Shown here one piece after another: positions 50,746 to 60,665 of a stretch of DNA of 64,000 nt; position 1 is the stretch's first letter, and each line of letters opens with the position of its first letter. Position numbers and translations under genes: made by a program. The notes beneath the pieces were generated by a model. The model was not told the origin of the DNA, ran no database searches, and worked only from the letters and a program-made list of their open reading frames with translations. The stretch is taken from positions 102,194 to 166,193 of the IMG/VR virus record IMGVR_UViG_3300044695_004134, one strand, 5' to 3'. Origin of the DNA: a virus.

Positions 50746-52101
50746 TTACCGTCCTACTTGCGGCAAATATTTTTGCTTGGTTTCTTCCCAAGTCATGTAG
50801 ACCAAGTCATCATAGAAAAGAGTTTCATATGAAACATTGTTTTTCTTTTGCAGTTGACGAATACGACCTTTGGCATACTTGGTTTTCCAGAGTTCCGAAA
50901 GGGCTTCTTCGGAAGTATCGAAAGATTTGACCAGTTGGTCTTCCGTAATTTCTCCACGGAGAAACTCATTGGTATTATTGTAGAGTGGTGAGAAATAGAT
51001 ACCACGTTGGTGCGCTGTACGTGTCAACTCTTTTGGAATACCAAGTTTCGGGTACAAGAAGTGTAGTGAACGATTCTTGTGGTCACGCTTGAACGGGAGA
51101 CCCTTATCATTCTTGGCTTCCCACCACTCAAAGTATTTCTCTGTGTGATTTTCTTTCAGCCAGTTCCATAGCATATTCAAAGTGGACTTGCGAGGTTCAA
51201 AAGCAACCGAACCAGATGAGAAACCCATTTTGTTCCAGTGTTCAAGACCATCGTATTGAGATAGTCCACCAGACTTAGTATTTCCGTAGAGAGAAGTAGT
51301 TGTAACTCCAGCAAGAACATCACCATACTTTTCTTTCCACAATTTCTGAACTGTATCAGAGAGGCAAAGCAATGCAAGTAGCTTACCACCCATGTAATTG
51401 AAACCAAGTGGTTGAAGTGGAACAATAGAAGAACCGATTGCAGTATGGTTAATCATACCACCTTGAGTTTTCTTTTCACGTTCCCAACCAATAGCAGTAT
51501 CACGTGGTGTCAAATCTAGAAAGTCGGAAGAAATACAAACGACACCAAGGTACTTACCAGTCACATCATCTTTGACAATGAAGTTGAGATTGCGACCAAT
51601 GTTTGAGTTGTTCTTCATCGTTGAGATAAAGGTACGTGTCGTGTTCCATAATATAGGAAGGTCTTTGGTGCGCTTTTTGTCGCTTTTTATGGTCGTACCG
51701 TCAATTCCTGTCGTGAATTTTGATCCGGAGTCATCAGTGAATTCCATAACAGGACGCAGATTCATAAAGTCATCAGGTGATTCTGGTATCCAGATGTTGC
51801 TCTTAGCAATGTCGATGTACTTACCCTGTTCTTCGTCAACAAGAACCTTCTCATCACCCCAAAAAGTGTTATTGGTTTTTGTTGGAAACTTTTCCTGAAC
51901 CTCACACCACTTCTGGAACAAAGTATATTCTTTAACGTCCATATTGGACGCATAGGTCAAATCTTCTGTGAGAACTTTTTTCAGTTCTTCGGTATCAATA
52001 TGTTCAAAGGAACTTTTTGGATTCTTTTCAGACCATTCTTCCCACTGTTTCTGCACATGTGTTGGCCACTTTTCATTTTCAATATCAGAATCGTTTGACA
52101 T
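50746..52101 (-). CDS. DUF4338/DruA-like protein
   Basis: GRNLNFIVKD, RDTAIGW, PLGFNYMGGKLLALL, TTTSLYG, SQY. Confidence 0.75.
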   Translation of the reverse strand: MSNDSDIENEKWPTHVQKQWEEWSEKNPKSSFEHIDTEELKKVLTEDLTYASNMDVKEYTLFQKWCEVQEKFPTKTNNTFWGDEKVLVDEEQGKYIDIAKSNIWIPESPDDFMNLRPVMEFTDDSGSKFTTGIDGTTIKSDKKRTKDLPILWNTTRTFISTMKNNSNIGRNLNFIVKDDVTGKYLGVVCISSDFLDLTPRDTAIGWEREKKTQGGMINHTAIGSSIVPLQPLGFNYMGGKLLALLCLSDTVQKLWKEKYGDVLAGVTTTSLYGNTKSGGLSQYDGLEHWNKMGFSSGSVAFEPRKSTLNMLWNWLKENHTEKYFEWWEAKNDKGLPFKRDHKNRSLHFLYPKLGIPKELTRTAHQRGIYFSPLYNNTNEFLRGEITEDQLVKSFDTSEEALSELWKTKYAKGRIRQLQKKNNVSYETLFYDDLVYMTWEETKQKYLPQVGR

Positions 52102-52723
52102 TAAATTTTTCTTTCACCTTGTTAATCATCATTTTTTGTATCTTGCGTCTTTGCTCGGCAAGTTTAGAACGCTTCTTCATTGCCATTTGCATAGCCAAGG
52201 GCTTCACATGCATAGTGTACACTATTCCGTTCATGTGGTCAAGTTCATGTTGGAAGCAACGTGCAGTTATTCCGGCAAACTTTGCTGTTTTGGTAGCACC
52301 GGTGAAATCTTGGTACTCCACTTCAATTATGGATGGACGTTCAATGTTTAGGAATAAATCCATATAAGAAAGGCATCCTTCTTCCATTCTGGTTGTTTCT
52401 TCTGAAACAGAAGTGATTTTTGGATTAAAGAATGCAACATATTCATCACCTGAACCCATAACAAACACACGATAGTTGTACCCACATTGGTTTGCGGAAA
52501 GACCCAAACCATTGTATTTCTTACAAGTTTCAACAAGTGAACTGGCAAATTCGGCCGGATTAACTGGTGGATTAGCAAAGTCAAACTCCGGTAGTTTGGA
52601 TTTTAATTCGGGATGAGTTTCAGGTACGAGAGGAAAAATTTCAATCTTTTTGGAGATTGTAGGTAAATCTTTTTTCCAAGAATCGGTATCAATTACTAAA
52701 ACATCATTTTTTATTTCATTCAT
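52085..52723 (-). CDS. def: Peptide deformylase
   Basis: GLGLSANQ, EGCLS, QHELDH. Confidence 0.95.
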   Translation of the reverse strand: MNEIKNDVLVIDTDSWKKDLPTISKKIEIFPLVPETHPELKSKLPEFDFANPPVNPAEFASSLVETCKKYNGLGLSANQCGYNYRVFVMGSGDEYVAFFNPKITSVSEETTRMEEGCLSYMDLFLNIERPSIIEVEYQDFTGATKTAKFAGITARCFQHELDHMNGIVYTMHVKPLAMQMAMKKRSKLAEQRRKIQKMMINKVKEKFNVKRF

Positions 52724-54435
52724 TTTACGACCTGTGAGAAGTTATTTGTCTTTTGAAATTTAATTACGGACCTGAACTTATCAAAAAGTTGGTCACCTTT
52801 ATGTGAGATTACAAATACATTTGTATTATTATCTAGGCTGTTGAGAAGTTTTAAGAATTCTTCTGTACCAACACCATCAAGTGATGAATCAAACACTTCA
52901 TCCAAAACCAATAGATTCGTATTCACCGAGTTCTTCATCTTAGCAATCTGTCTCCAAGTAAACAGTAAAGCGAGGTCAATACGCATCTTTTCTCCTTCAG
53001 AGAATGATGCATAAGAGAATTCATCACGATGACGAGACTTAATTGTTTCTTCGAACGATTCATTTAAATTAAAGTTAACAAAGAAGTCCATTGATGTTAG
53101 GTACTTGTTAATTAACTTGTTCATAACTGGCAAATACTGTTTAATAATTTTAGTTTTAATGCCAGTATCTCTAAGAAGTGTTGCGGCAAACTCATGATAT
53201 TGTTTATCTAAGGATAGTTTTTCTGCAAGAGTTTCGGCTTCTTGGAGTTCAGCATTCAAAACTTTTAACTTTTCATCATCATTTTCCGTTGAAACGGTAC
53301 GTGTTCTAAGTTCCGCAATTTCTTTTAGTAGTTTTGCATTGTACGTATTGATGCTTGATACTTGCGTATTTAACTTAACGATTTCGGAATTATGTGCATT
53401 GATATGCTTTTGTACACCTTCAATTTCTTCCAAACGGCCATAAACGTTCTGTAGTTCTTGCTCCAGCTTTGTTGTGGCGGTTGTTATTTCTGTAATTTTA
53501 AGTTGTTTACCTGTTACTTGGCTATCTTTTGTTTCTATTGCAATAGCTTGTTGACATGTCGGACAGTTATCGTTGTTCTCATAGAAAGAGATTTCTTTGT
53601 TTAACTTTCTTACATTGTCTTCAAACTTAGATTGTAGAGTTATTAGCTTTGTGTTTCTGGATGCAACAGTAGTTTTATCTGAAATTTTATCCGTCAACTG
53701 TTCAATATGTTTCTGTATCAACAGAATATCTTTGCCAACTTTATTCAAGTATGTGTCGTTGTCAGTAACTTCTTTAACCTTTTTGTTGATTTCAACAAGA
53801 TGGTTCTTTTTGTTTTCTTCCAGATTCTGCTTCTGTAAATTTATTTTTTCAGTGGTCAACTTGACCGTATAATCAACCGTTTTCTGTTCATCTTTAATTG
53901 TCGAAATCTTATTCTTTACGATGGCATTCATAGAGGAGAAAATTTGAATGTCAAGCAAGTCCTCAATAATTGCTCTACGGTCAGCAGGTGATAACTGCAT
54001 GAATGGAACAAAAGATGCGGAACCAAGTATCACTACTTGCGTAAACGATTTATAATTAAGTTTAAGTATGAATTTTTCGAGGTGTTCTTGGTAGTCTTTT
54101 GCCTTTGCATCTTGATTAACCAGTACAGCGTCACAATAAATTTCAAACGCATTGGGTTTAATACTCCGAACAACTCTATATTGTTTTTTACCAATCTTAA
54201 ACTCAATCTCCACCACACAATCAGAGTTGTTAATTGTGTTCATCAACTGAGGTTTGTTAATCTTACGGAATGGCTTACCGAAAAGACCAAACGTGAGTGC
54301 ATCCAAAATGGTGGACTTGCCTGCACCATTGTGACCAACAATTAAGGTATTTGTTGACCTTGTTAGGTCGATTTCTGTAAATGAGTTACCTGTAGAAAGA
54401 AAATTCTTCCAACGAACTTTTTGAAAAATAATCAT
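52720..54435 (-). CDS. 46: gp46 recombination ATPase (SbcC/Rad50-like)
   Basis: GHNGAGKST, CPTCQQ, FSEGEK, LDEVFD. Confidence 0.96.
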   Translation of the reverse strand: MIIFQKVRWKNFLSTGNSFTEIDLTRSTNTLIVGHNGAGKSTILDALTFGLFGKPFRKINKPQLMNTINNSDCVVEIEFKIGKKQYRVVRSIKPNAFEIYCDAVLVNQDAKAKDYQEHLEKFILKLNYKSFTQVVILGSASFVPFMQLSPADRRAIIEDLLDIQIFSSMNAIVKNKISTIKDEQKTVDYTVKLTTEKINLQKQNLEENKKNHLVEINKKVKEVTDNDTYLNKVGKDILLIQKHIEQLTDKISDKTTVASRNTKLITLQSKFEDNVRKLNKEISFYENNDNCPTCQQAIAIETKDSQVTGKQLKITEITTATTKLEQELQNVYGRLEEIEGVQKHINAHNSEIVKLNTQVSSINTYNAKLLKEIAELRTRTVSTENDDEKLKVLNAELQEAETLAEKLSLDKQYHEFAATLLRDTGIKTKIIKQYLPVMNKLINKYLTSMDFFVNFNLNESFEETIKSRHRDEFSYASFSEGEKMRIDLALLFTWRQIAKMKNSVNTNLLVLDEVFDSSLDGVGTEEFLKLLNSLDNNTNVFVISHKGDQLFDKFRSVIKFQKTNNFSQVVK

Positions 54436-55070
54436 TATTTAAATTTTGGACCTACAGCCCACACTGTTATAGATTGTCTATTACCTGAAATGATTGGTGC
54501 TACTTTATGTAGCAAGAACGAAGGGAACATCAAGACTGAACCCTTTTTAAGGTTTGTTTCCCAAGGAAATTGTTCAGAGAAGTGGTTGATTTGGAAATTG
54601 CCACCTTCAAAATCAACTCCCGGTTCATTTAAAAGTAGAACAACTGTTAACTTACGGAGGTGCTCCAATAGATTGTGTTCTACAATTTTACCGCCTAGTG
54701 GTAAATCCATATGAAATTCGTGCTTATCACCAACATTATACTTTGCAAATTGCAGATAGTTAAATCCATATAAATCGAAGTTGAAACTTTTGTCGTTGTA
54801 ATGTGCAATGATGTTATTAAACTTCTCCCACATCCAGATGGTTTGTTCATCCGCTTGGCTCATCAGTACAACATTTGCTTTACGTTGTTCCGGTATGTGT
54901 GATGTATCAGCATATTCACCACCCCGATGCGTTATGTGGTTGGACTCAAAGTATTGTGAAATGAAATCACATTCACTGTGTGTGAAAAATTCATTATCAA
55001 CAATGAATTGTGGAATAAAAAACATTTTTTCCGCCAACTCATTATTAACCATCATTGTTGGTGCGCTCAT
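54435..55070 (-). CDS. 2OG-Fe(II) oxygenase
   Basis: FHMD, RKLT, FEGG, FPSFLLHKV, RQSITVW. Confidence 0.88.
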   Translation of the reverse strand: MSAPTMMVNNELAEKMFFIPQFIVDNEFFTHSECDFISQYFESNHITHRGGEYADTSHIPEQRKANVVLMSQADEQTIWMWEKFNNIIAHYNDKSFNFDLYGFNYLQFAKYNVGDKHEFHMDLPLGGKIVEHNLLEHLRKLTVVLLLNEPGVDFEGGNFQINHFSEQFPWETNLKKGSVLMFPSFLLHKVAPIISGNRQSITVWAVGPKFK

Positions 55071-56134
55071 TCTGATTCCTCATTCAATGCTTCGACATAC
55101 AAACCTCTCAAAAGATTCTTGATTTTATCTTTTTCCAAATCAGTTGTCAAGTTATCAACGTACTTATTTAAAATTGTTGTGGTATCTTCTGCTTGATCCA
55201 CATCATCATCTTGAATATCTTCTTGTTCGGTGAAATCTTCGGCAATCGTAATGTCAATAGGTCCAACCTGGTAAAGTCTATTGATTAGTGTGTCGAATAG
55301 ATATGGATTGGTTTTATTCACAACCACAACTTTGACGTAGCTAGTCTTTAATTGTGTTAAATCCATAGAGGTGATGGTTTTAATGTCATACACTTTATCG
55401 TCATAGATAAGTTTTTTGAACATCTTGTTTGGGTTTTGGATAAACTCCAGCTCTTGCGTTTCCAAATCCAATATGTGGAAACCACGTGGATCATCATGGT
55501 CTTGCCATGTTAATTCGTATGGATTCCCAAGATAGTGTATGTTACCTCGACTAGACTTGTGGTGATAATGGCCAGAAAATACCATGTCAAACTTATCGAA
55601 CATCTTTGGCTCCAGTCCTTCATGTGACGGTGCACCACGATACATCTGAAAGCCCTCAATCTCAAAGTGACCCATACAGATTGTTGCTTCTGTAAGTTTC
55701 AATGTATCCATAGAATCGGCATAGTTTTCTGGACAAATCCATGGCATCATGCAAATTGAAGTTTCACCAATAACAAGCTGAGGTGTCGGATTCTTTATGA
55801 TATTGATGTTATCGTATTCTTCCAAAACTAACTTCGGTGAGTTAACATCGTTTGTATTCTTGTAGTATGTGTCGTGGTTACCCACCAACATATGAACACG
55901 AATGCCACGGTCTTGAAGTTTGTCAAAGAACATCTTCTTCGCACGTTGAAGTGAATAGAAGTTTACATACTTGCGCCTGTCAAACGTGTCACCAAGAATA
56001 AGAACAGTATTAATTCCGGCAGAATCAATAGTAGGAAAAAATGTTTCATCATAAAATTTTTCATAAAAATCCAGAAAGTGTAGTGAATCATTTCTAGCCC
56101 CGAAGTGGATATCGGTGATAATAGCAACCTTCAT
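55067..56134 (-). CDS. 47: gp47 recombination nuclease (SbcD/Mre11-like)
   Basis: TDIHFG, GDTFD, GNHD, SGHYH. Confidence 0.96.
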   Translation of the reverse strand: MKVAIITDIHFGARNDSLHFLDFYEKFYDETFFPTIDSAGINTVLILGDTFDRRKYVNFYSLQRAKKMFFDKLQDRGIRVHMLVGNHDTYYKNTNDVNSPKLVLEEYDNINIIKNPTPQLVIGETSICMMPWICPENYADSMDTLKLTEATICMGHFEIEGFQMYRGAPSHEGLEPKMFDKFDMVFSGHYHHKSSRGNIHYLGNPYELTWQDHDDPRGFHILDLETQELEFIQNPNKMFKKLIYDDKVYDIKTITSMDLTQLKTSYVKVVVVNKTNPYLFDTLINRLYQVGPIDITIAEDFTEQEDIQDDDVDQAEDTTTILNKYVDNLTTDLEKDKIKNLLRGLYVEALNEESE

Positions 56135-56661
56135 AATATATTAGAGCCTTTTTTTCTATTTTCCGACATAGTGAGAATTTGTAAATTGTCTTGATGATGT
56201 AAACCACCTTTAGCGATAGGAATAATGTGATCCACTTCATGTGGAACACCAGTTTCAACACTCAATCTTCGACATTCTTCATAAATACTTTTAATTATAT
56301 CTAAATCCGCATCAACAGGCAATTGGTTCCTCACACTAGCTCTCCTTTTTGCCGCTTTATTAGTGTTAGCAATTTTACCCTTTTCGGAATTATTATACCT
56401 GTCGTTTTTTGCTTTAAATTTATCCGGATTATTTTTCCAATATAAAGCAACTTTATCTTTTGTTCTATACTTACACATCAACTCGCTATCATATAGTTTA
56501 GGTAAATTGCGTTTGATGTTACAATTCACACAACTATAGCTGGAAACATGTTTTTTTGTTGAACCGCAAGTTTTACAAGGCACTCCATCATAAACTTTTT
56601 GACCACATGCTATAGCATTTTTACGGTTAATTGATGATGTTTTGGGAAATTGATTAGCCAT
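56131..56661 (-). CDS. Free-standing HNH (homing) endonuclease
   Basis: HEVDHIIP...GGLHHQDNLQIL...NRKK; N-terminal CxxC pairs. Confidence 0.85.
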   Translation of the reverse strand: MANQFPKTSSINRKNAIACGQKVYDGVPCKTCGSTKKHVSSYSCVNCNIKRNLPKLYDSELMCKYRTKDKVALYWKNNPDKFKAKNDRYNNSEKGKIANTNKAAKRRASVRNQLPVDADLDIIKSIYEECRRLSVETGVPHEVDHIIPIAKGGLHHQDNLQILTMSENRKKGSNIL

Positions 56662-56681
56662 TTGTGCTCCAAAGTGTTCTT

Positions 56682-57098
56682 TTATTTAGACATTTTGGTG
56701 CTTTCACTATTCTCAATTCGTTTCCTCAATTCGGTACTACTATACGTATGTGGACGGGAGTTGTAATAAAACTCCTTGTCTAGATGTTTACCAGTAAAGG
56801 TCTTAATCCTATACTCATCACCAAGGATCCTAACATCATAGTTCACTGTTGTCAAGAGGTTTAACAGGTCTTCTTCAGTAGAATATGGTATAATTTCATC
56901 AACGTACTTGCAACCTTTCAGTTGTACATATCGTTCGTAAACAGTTTGTACCGGTTTGTTTTTCTCCGGTCTGTCTATGGTTGGGTCAGTCTGTAGTCCT
57001 ACAATCAAATAGTCGCATTGTGTCTTTGCTTCTTCAAGCATGAGAACGTGACCAGCATGGAACAAATCAAAGCAGGAGCATGTGAAACCGATTTTCAT
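56682..57098 (-). CDS. TagD-like glycerol-3-phosphate cytidylyltransferase
   Basis: FDLFHAGH, LIVGL, YVDEII, SSTELR. Confidence 0.85.
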   Translation of the reverse strand: MKIGFTCSCFDLFHAGHVLMLEEAKTQCDYLIVGLQTDPTIDRPEKNKPVQTVYERYVQLKGCKYVDEIIPYSTEEDLLNLLTTVNYDVRILGDEYRIKTFTGKHLDKEFYYNSRPHTYSSTELRKRIENSESTKMSK

Positions 57099-57099
57099 T

Positions 57100-57663
57100 T
57101 TATTCTTCCAAAAACTTTTCAATGCCCTTGTTCTTCTTTATTTCCTTTTTCTTCTTCTTTGTTTCTTCAAATGTCTCAATGAATTCGGAAATATTATCAT
57201 ACAGTTCAAAGGGCTTTGCTGGTGTATCATCGTAACCCATCAATTCAGATTCATTGAAGATACCAAACTGTTCTGTTGCTTTGTACTTCACATACAATTG
57301 TTTTTTCTCTTTTTGTATTCTGCGAAGAAATGCAAAGTAAATAATTTGTGTGAAGTATGCAAACGGGTTGCTCGACTTTGAAACGTCAAAGTTTTCAAAG
57401 TACATAAGGCAGTTTTCAATGCCATCTCCAACCATTTCATCTCTGTATGTGTAGTTGATGAAGTTTGGTTTGTGTGACAGACCTTCAGCAATTTTCATAA
57501 AGCATTCGCCAATGTAATTGGGAATCTTTGGTTTTGATGCACCAGTCTTTTTTGCCTCAGCTACATCCGCTTGGTATTGCAAGAGTGCTTGGCAAAAATC
57601 TGCATTGTTGATGTAATGCCTTTTTGGTTTTGCAACCGGCATTGGTATTGTTTCTTGTTCCAT
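57100..57663 (-). CDS. 55: gp55 late sigma factor
   Basis: HYINNADF, PNFINYTYRDEM, NPFAYFTQI, RRIQKEK. Confidence 0.96.
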   Translation of the reverse strand: MEQETIPMPVAKPKRHYINNADFCQALLQYQADVAEAKKTGASKPKIPNYIGECFMKIAEGLSHKPNFINYTYRDEMVGDGIENCLMYFENFDVSKSSNPFAYFTQIIYFAFLRRIQKEKKQLYVKYKATEQFGIFNESELMGYDDTPAKPFELYDNISEFIETFEETKKKKKEIKKNKGIEKFLEE

Positions 57664-57739
57664 GATATATGTACCTTTAAATTGCTTGACTTCCACTTGA
57701 CAAAGGTCTACACTCCAGAATGTAGCCTCTGCATGTTAA

Positions 57740-58132
57740 TTAATGAACTATGGATATATCCGGACCAACAGAATCCAGCATCATAGTCATCAAATCTTTA
57801 CTCATTTCTTCTTCACTTGCTTCAGAAGAATCTTCTTCCACAGTCTTGGCTTTATGTATAGTATCCACAGCATTCTCAAAGTATTCGGAGAATTCAGATG
57901 TGGGTTCCAAAATTGTAACAATCTCACTCTCTGTGATGAATGCCTCATTGTTTTGTATGAGTGGTGCAGGTAACCAATGATCCATCATAATGATTTGTCT
58001 ACCTGATCTTGTATCATTCTTAAGAAGAACCACCATAGGTTCTCTTACAATGAAATTCAATTTGTCCACCTGTTCTAAGTATGTTATAATATCTTCACCT
58101 GATTTAAGACGTAGTATTTTTATTGCTTCCAT
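57740..58132 (-). CDS. Conserved T4-like hypothetical protein
   Basis: ILRLKSGEDII; lies between uvsW and 55. Confidence 0.6.
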   Translation of the reverse strand: MEAIKILRLKSGEDIITYLEQVDKLNFIVREPMVVLLKNDTRSGRQIIMMDHWLPAPLIQNNEAFITESEIVTILEPTSEFSEYFENAVDTIHKAKTVEEDSSEASEEEMSKDLMTMMLDSVGPDISIVH

Positions 58133-59630
58133 TTTTTAATCCTATCTTATAGAGTTTATAGGTGAATTTCTCCTCATTATATATCTTAGTTCTTTCTACA
58201 AAATGTTTCAGAGTAAAATTCATATAATTCTTGTAGCGGAGATCATCTGCTATATCGTAAAGAACCGCCTCAGTCTTGTTGTCACCGATTCGTAAGCCTC
58301 TTCCAATAGACTGGAGATTTCGAACTCTTGATTTGGATGGAGATGCGAATATAATATTATGGAGATTCCTAATATTAATTCCAGTGCTAAAGGTACCATA
58401 ACTAGCCACAATAATAGCGTCATTTTCTTCCTCGGTGATCCGTCTGACTTCTTCTCTTGTATCTGTGTCTGTTTTTCCGTAAACAAAGAAGACTTTCCTA
58501 GCACCAAGTTTCTCGGTATTAGTTATCATATCATACAGTATTTTACCATGTTTGTCAACATATTGGTAAAGAATTAGAGAGTTTCCATTCAAAGATACCG
58601 CAAGATTTTTAATAAATTTGTTACGAGTTTCATTCAGGATCAAGTATTCTATTTCTTCTTGATAGGTTTTACCCTTCATGAGTTGGCACACTTCATCATC
58701 ATGTTTAAGTACCAAACATTTGATTGAAAAATCCGCAATCTGTTTATTGTCCATGAGTTCTTTGGTAGTTGTTACCTTTTGAACAGGACCAAAAAGACCT
58801 TCAAGCACCAATTTGTGTGTCTTTGTACCGTCAAGTGTACCAGTTAGACCAATGCGATATTTTGCATTGATACAGTTCGACATAATCGAAACAAGCGATT
58901 GTGCTTTGAACAGGTGTGCTTCGTCACCAATGATGAAATCAAACTGGTGGAAATATTCTTCGGGCTGTGTGTACAGTGATTGCCATGTGGATATTGTAAG
59001 CGGTAAGTCTGTGTTCTTATCTTTACCTTGGTAGATTCTATGTACATTCTCTTGCACATTCCAACCGTTCTTGGTTGAGTAATCAGCAAAGTCTGAATAC
59101 AACTGTTCAACAAGAGATGTTGTTGGAACAATAATGAGGCCCCTCTTACACTTGTATGTTAGTAGTTGACGCACTGCAAGATAAATGATTAGAGATTTAC
59201 CCGATGATGTTGGTGAGAGCAGAAGACACCGTTTGTTTCGCATAGCATGTACGTATGCATTTTTTTGGTAATCTCTAACTTCTATATCATTATTTCTTGA
59301 CTGCAACTTTAAGTCTGTGATAAACTTGTCTGCATGATACACAGAATAATCTTCGGTCAAATCGGGTCTTGGATCACCATACTCCAATGTATACTCACGT
59401 TCTTCACAGAAGTTTTCTATGTAAGGAAGAAGACCGTGGTAAACCTGAAACGTTCTAAGGTCAAAGAGCCTTATTTTTCCATCCCAAATTTTATTACGAA
59501 ACGCTGGAGTAAATTGATGACCAGGTACGTAGAAGGTAAAAAACTCCGACAACTCTTGTGCTGTCGAACGCTCACAATTTACCTTAACATACGCTTCGTT
59601 TCGTTTCGTTACTATTAGTTTAGTTTCCAC
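58104..59630 (-). CDS. uvsW: UvsW SF2 helicase
   Basis: PTSSGKS, DEAH, GLTGT, QSIGRGLR. Confidence 0.95.
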   Translation of the reverse strand: METKLIVTKRNEAYVKVNCERSTAQELSEFFTFYVPGHQFTPAFRNKIWDGKIRLFDLRTFQVYHGLLPYIENFCEEREYTLEYGDPRPDLTEDYSVYHADKFITDLKLQSRNNDIEVRDYQKNAYVHAMRNKRCLLLSPTSSGKSLIIYLAVRQLLTYKCKRGLIIVPTTSLVEQLYSDFADYSTKNGWNVQENVHRIYQGKDKNTDLPLTISTWQSLYTQPEEYFHQFDFIIGDEAHLFKAQSLVSIMSNCINAKYRIGLTGTLDGTKTHKLVLEGLFGPVQKVTTTKELMDNKQIADFSIKCLVLKHDDEVCQLMKGKTYQEEIEYLILNETRNKFIKNLAVSLNGNSLILYQYVDKHGKILYDMITNTEKLGARKVFFVYGKTDTDTREEVRRITEEENDAIIVASYGTFSTGINIRNLHNIIFASPSKSRVRNLQSIGRGLRIGDNKTEAVLYDIADDLRYKNYMNFTLKHFVERTKIYNEEKFTYKLYKIGLKNGSNKNTTS

Positions 59631-60072
59631 CGATGAATCTTTCCCATGCAATATAATCTTTTAGTTGGAAAGTCCTACTCTTTAATTCTTGCATGATAGA
59701 TTCACAAACCGCAATAGCTTCATCGTGATACATTTTCTTTTCTAACAAACGAATAAGTTCAGTGTCAGATTCCATGTAGCGTTCGATACCTTGTTTAGTC
59801 TTCACATTCAAGAGGAAAGGTTCCCAACCATACTCATCTAGTTCTTCTTGTGATAAAGAACCGTTATAATATTCTTCTTTGATTTTACGCATACGTGCAT
59901 AATCAAAGTTCACACGCTTCATAGCAAGCCTGTGGTTCACAAGAATCTTTAGATACTTATTATGTAGTGTGGGTATTTTTAGAAGTTCCTTACCCGGTTC
60001 CGTGGAATCAATCACAGAATCCTTTTCCCACTCTTTCAAAATTTCTTCAAGTTTACTCATTATATTCTCCAT
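59620..60072 (-). CDS. uvsY: UvsY recombination mediator
   Basis: KDSVID, IPTLHNKY, YYNG, RTFQLK...WERF. Confidence 0.9.
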   Translation of the reverse strand: MENIMSKLEEILKEWEKDSVIDSTEPGKELLKIPTLHNKYLKILVNHRLAMKRVNFDYARMRKIKEEYYNGSLSQEELDEYGWEPFLLNVKTKQGIERYMESDTELIRLLEKKMYHDEAIAVCESIMQELKSRTFQLKDYIAWERFIGGN

Positions 60073-60089
60073 TGCAAAATTACATTATA

Positions 60090-60569
60090 TCACGAAAGCG
60101 GTTCTATTTCAAACAAATCGTAACGAAAAGATGCCGTTGCAATAACATGTTCCTCTGCTGATAATGTGGTATCAAATTCCAAATCACCAACCGAAATTGG
60201 AAAAATGTTAAGATATTTTATACGCAGTTTTGGATTGTTTTGATTGGACATAATGGTAAGAACAGCTTGTTTTCGGTTTGCTTTTCTCTTTGTGTATGTA
60301 GACTCAACGGAAGAAAGGTCTTTCATCCAATCATATAGTGTAGTCCATGCCGTCAAATTTTCATTCACCAGAAAAGAAACATCGAATGTGCCGTATTCCA
60401 ACTTGGTGCCAGAGTGGTATAGGTCAAGATTAGGTGTTGACTGTACTGCTTGACCCAACGACACACCTGGAAGATTTGCTTTTTGGCAAAAATATACCAT
60501 GTCTGGCACTTCTGGGAATGTCAGAATAAATTTTGTTGGTTGTAAAAAATTTCTATTTTCTGGTTTCAT
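60090..60569 (-). CDS. gp3-like tail completion/sheath stabiliser
   Basis: NFLQPTKF, YFCQKANLPG, FPISVG, ASFRY; position after gp23. Confidence 0.8.
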   Translation of the reverse strand: MKPENRNFLQPTKFILTFPEVPDMVYFCQKANLPGVSLGQAVQSTPNLDLYHSGTKLEYGTFDVSFLVNENLTAWTTLYDWMKDLSSVESTYTKRKANRKQAVLTIMSNQNNPKLRIKYLNIFPISVGDLEFDTTLSAEEHVIATASFRYDLFEIEPLS

Positions 60570-60597
60570 AATTGTCTCCTGTTTACTATTTAGGAAC

Positions 60598-60628
60598 AAA
60601 AAAAGAGGAGCATTTCTGCTCCTCTTTT
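60598..60628 (-). terminator. Intrinsic terminator after gp23
   Basis: GAGGAGCA-GAAA-TGCTCCTC followed by a T-run. Confidence 0.85.
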
Positions 60629-60665
60629 AAAGTGCCAATCTGCGTTGGCTTCTTTTACTTGAGAA

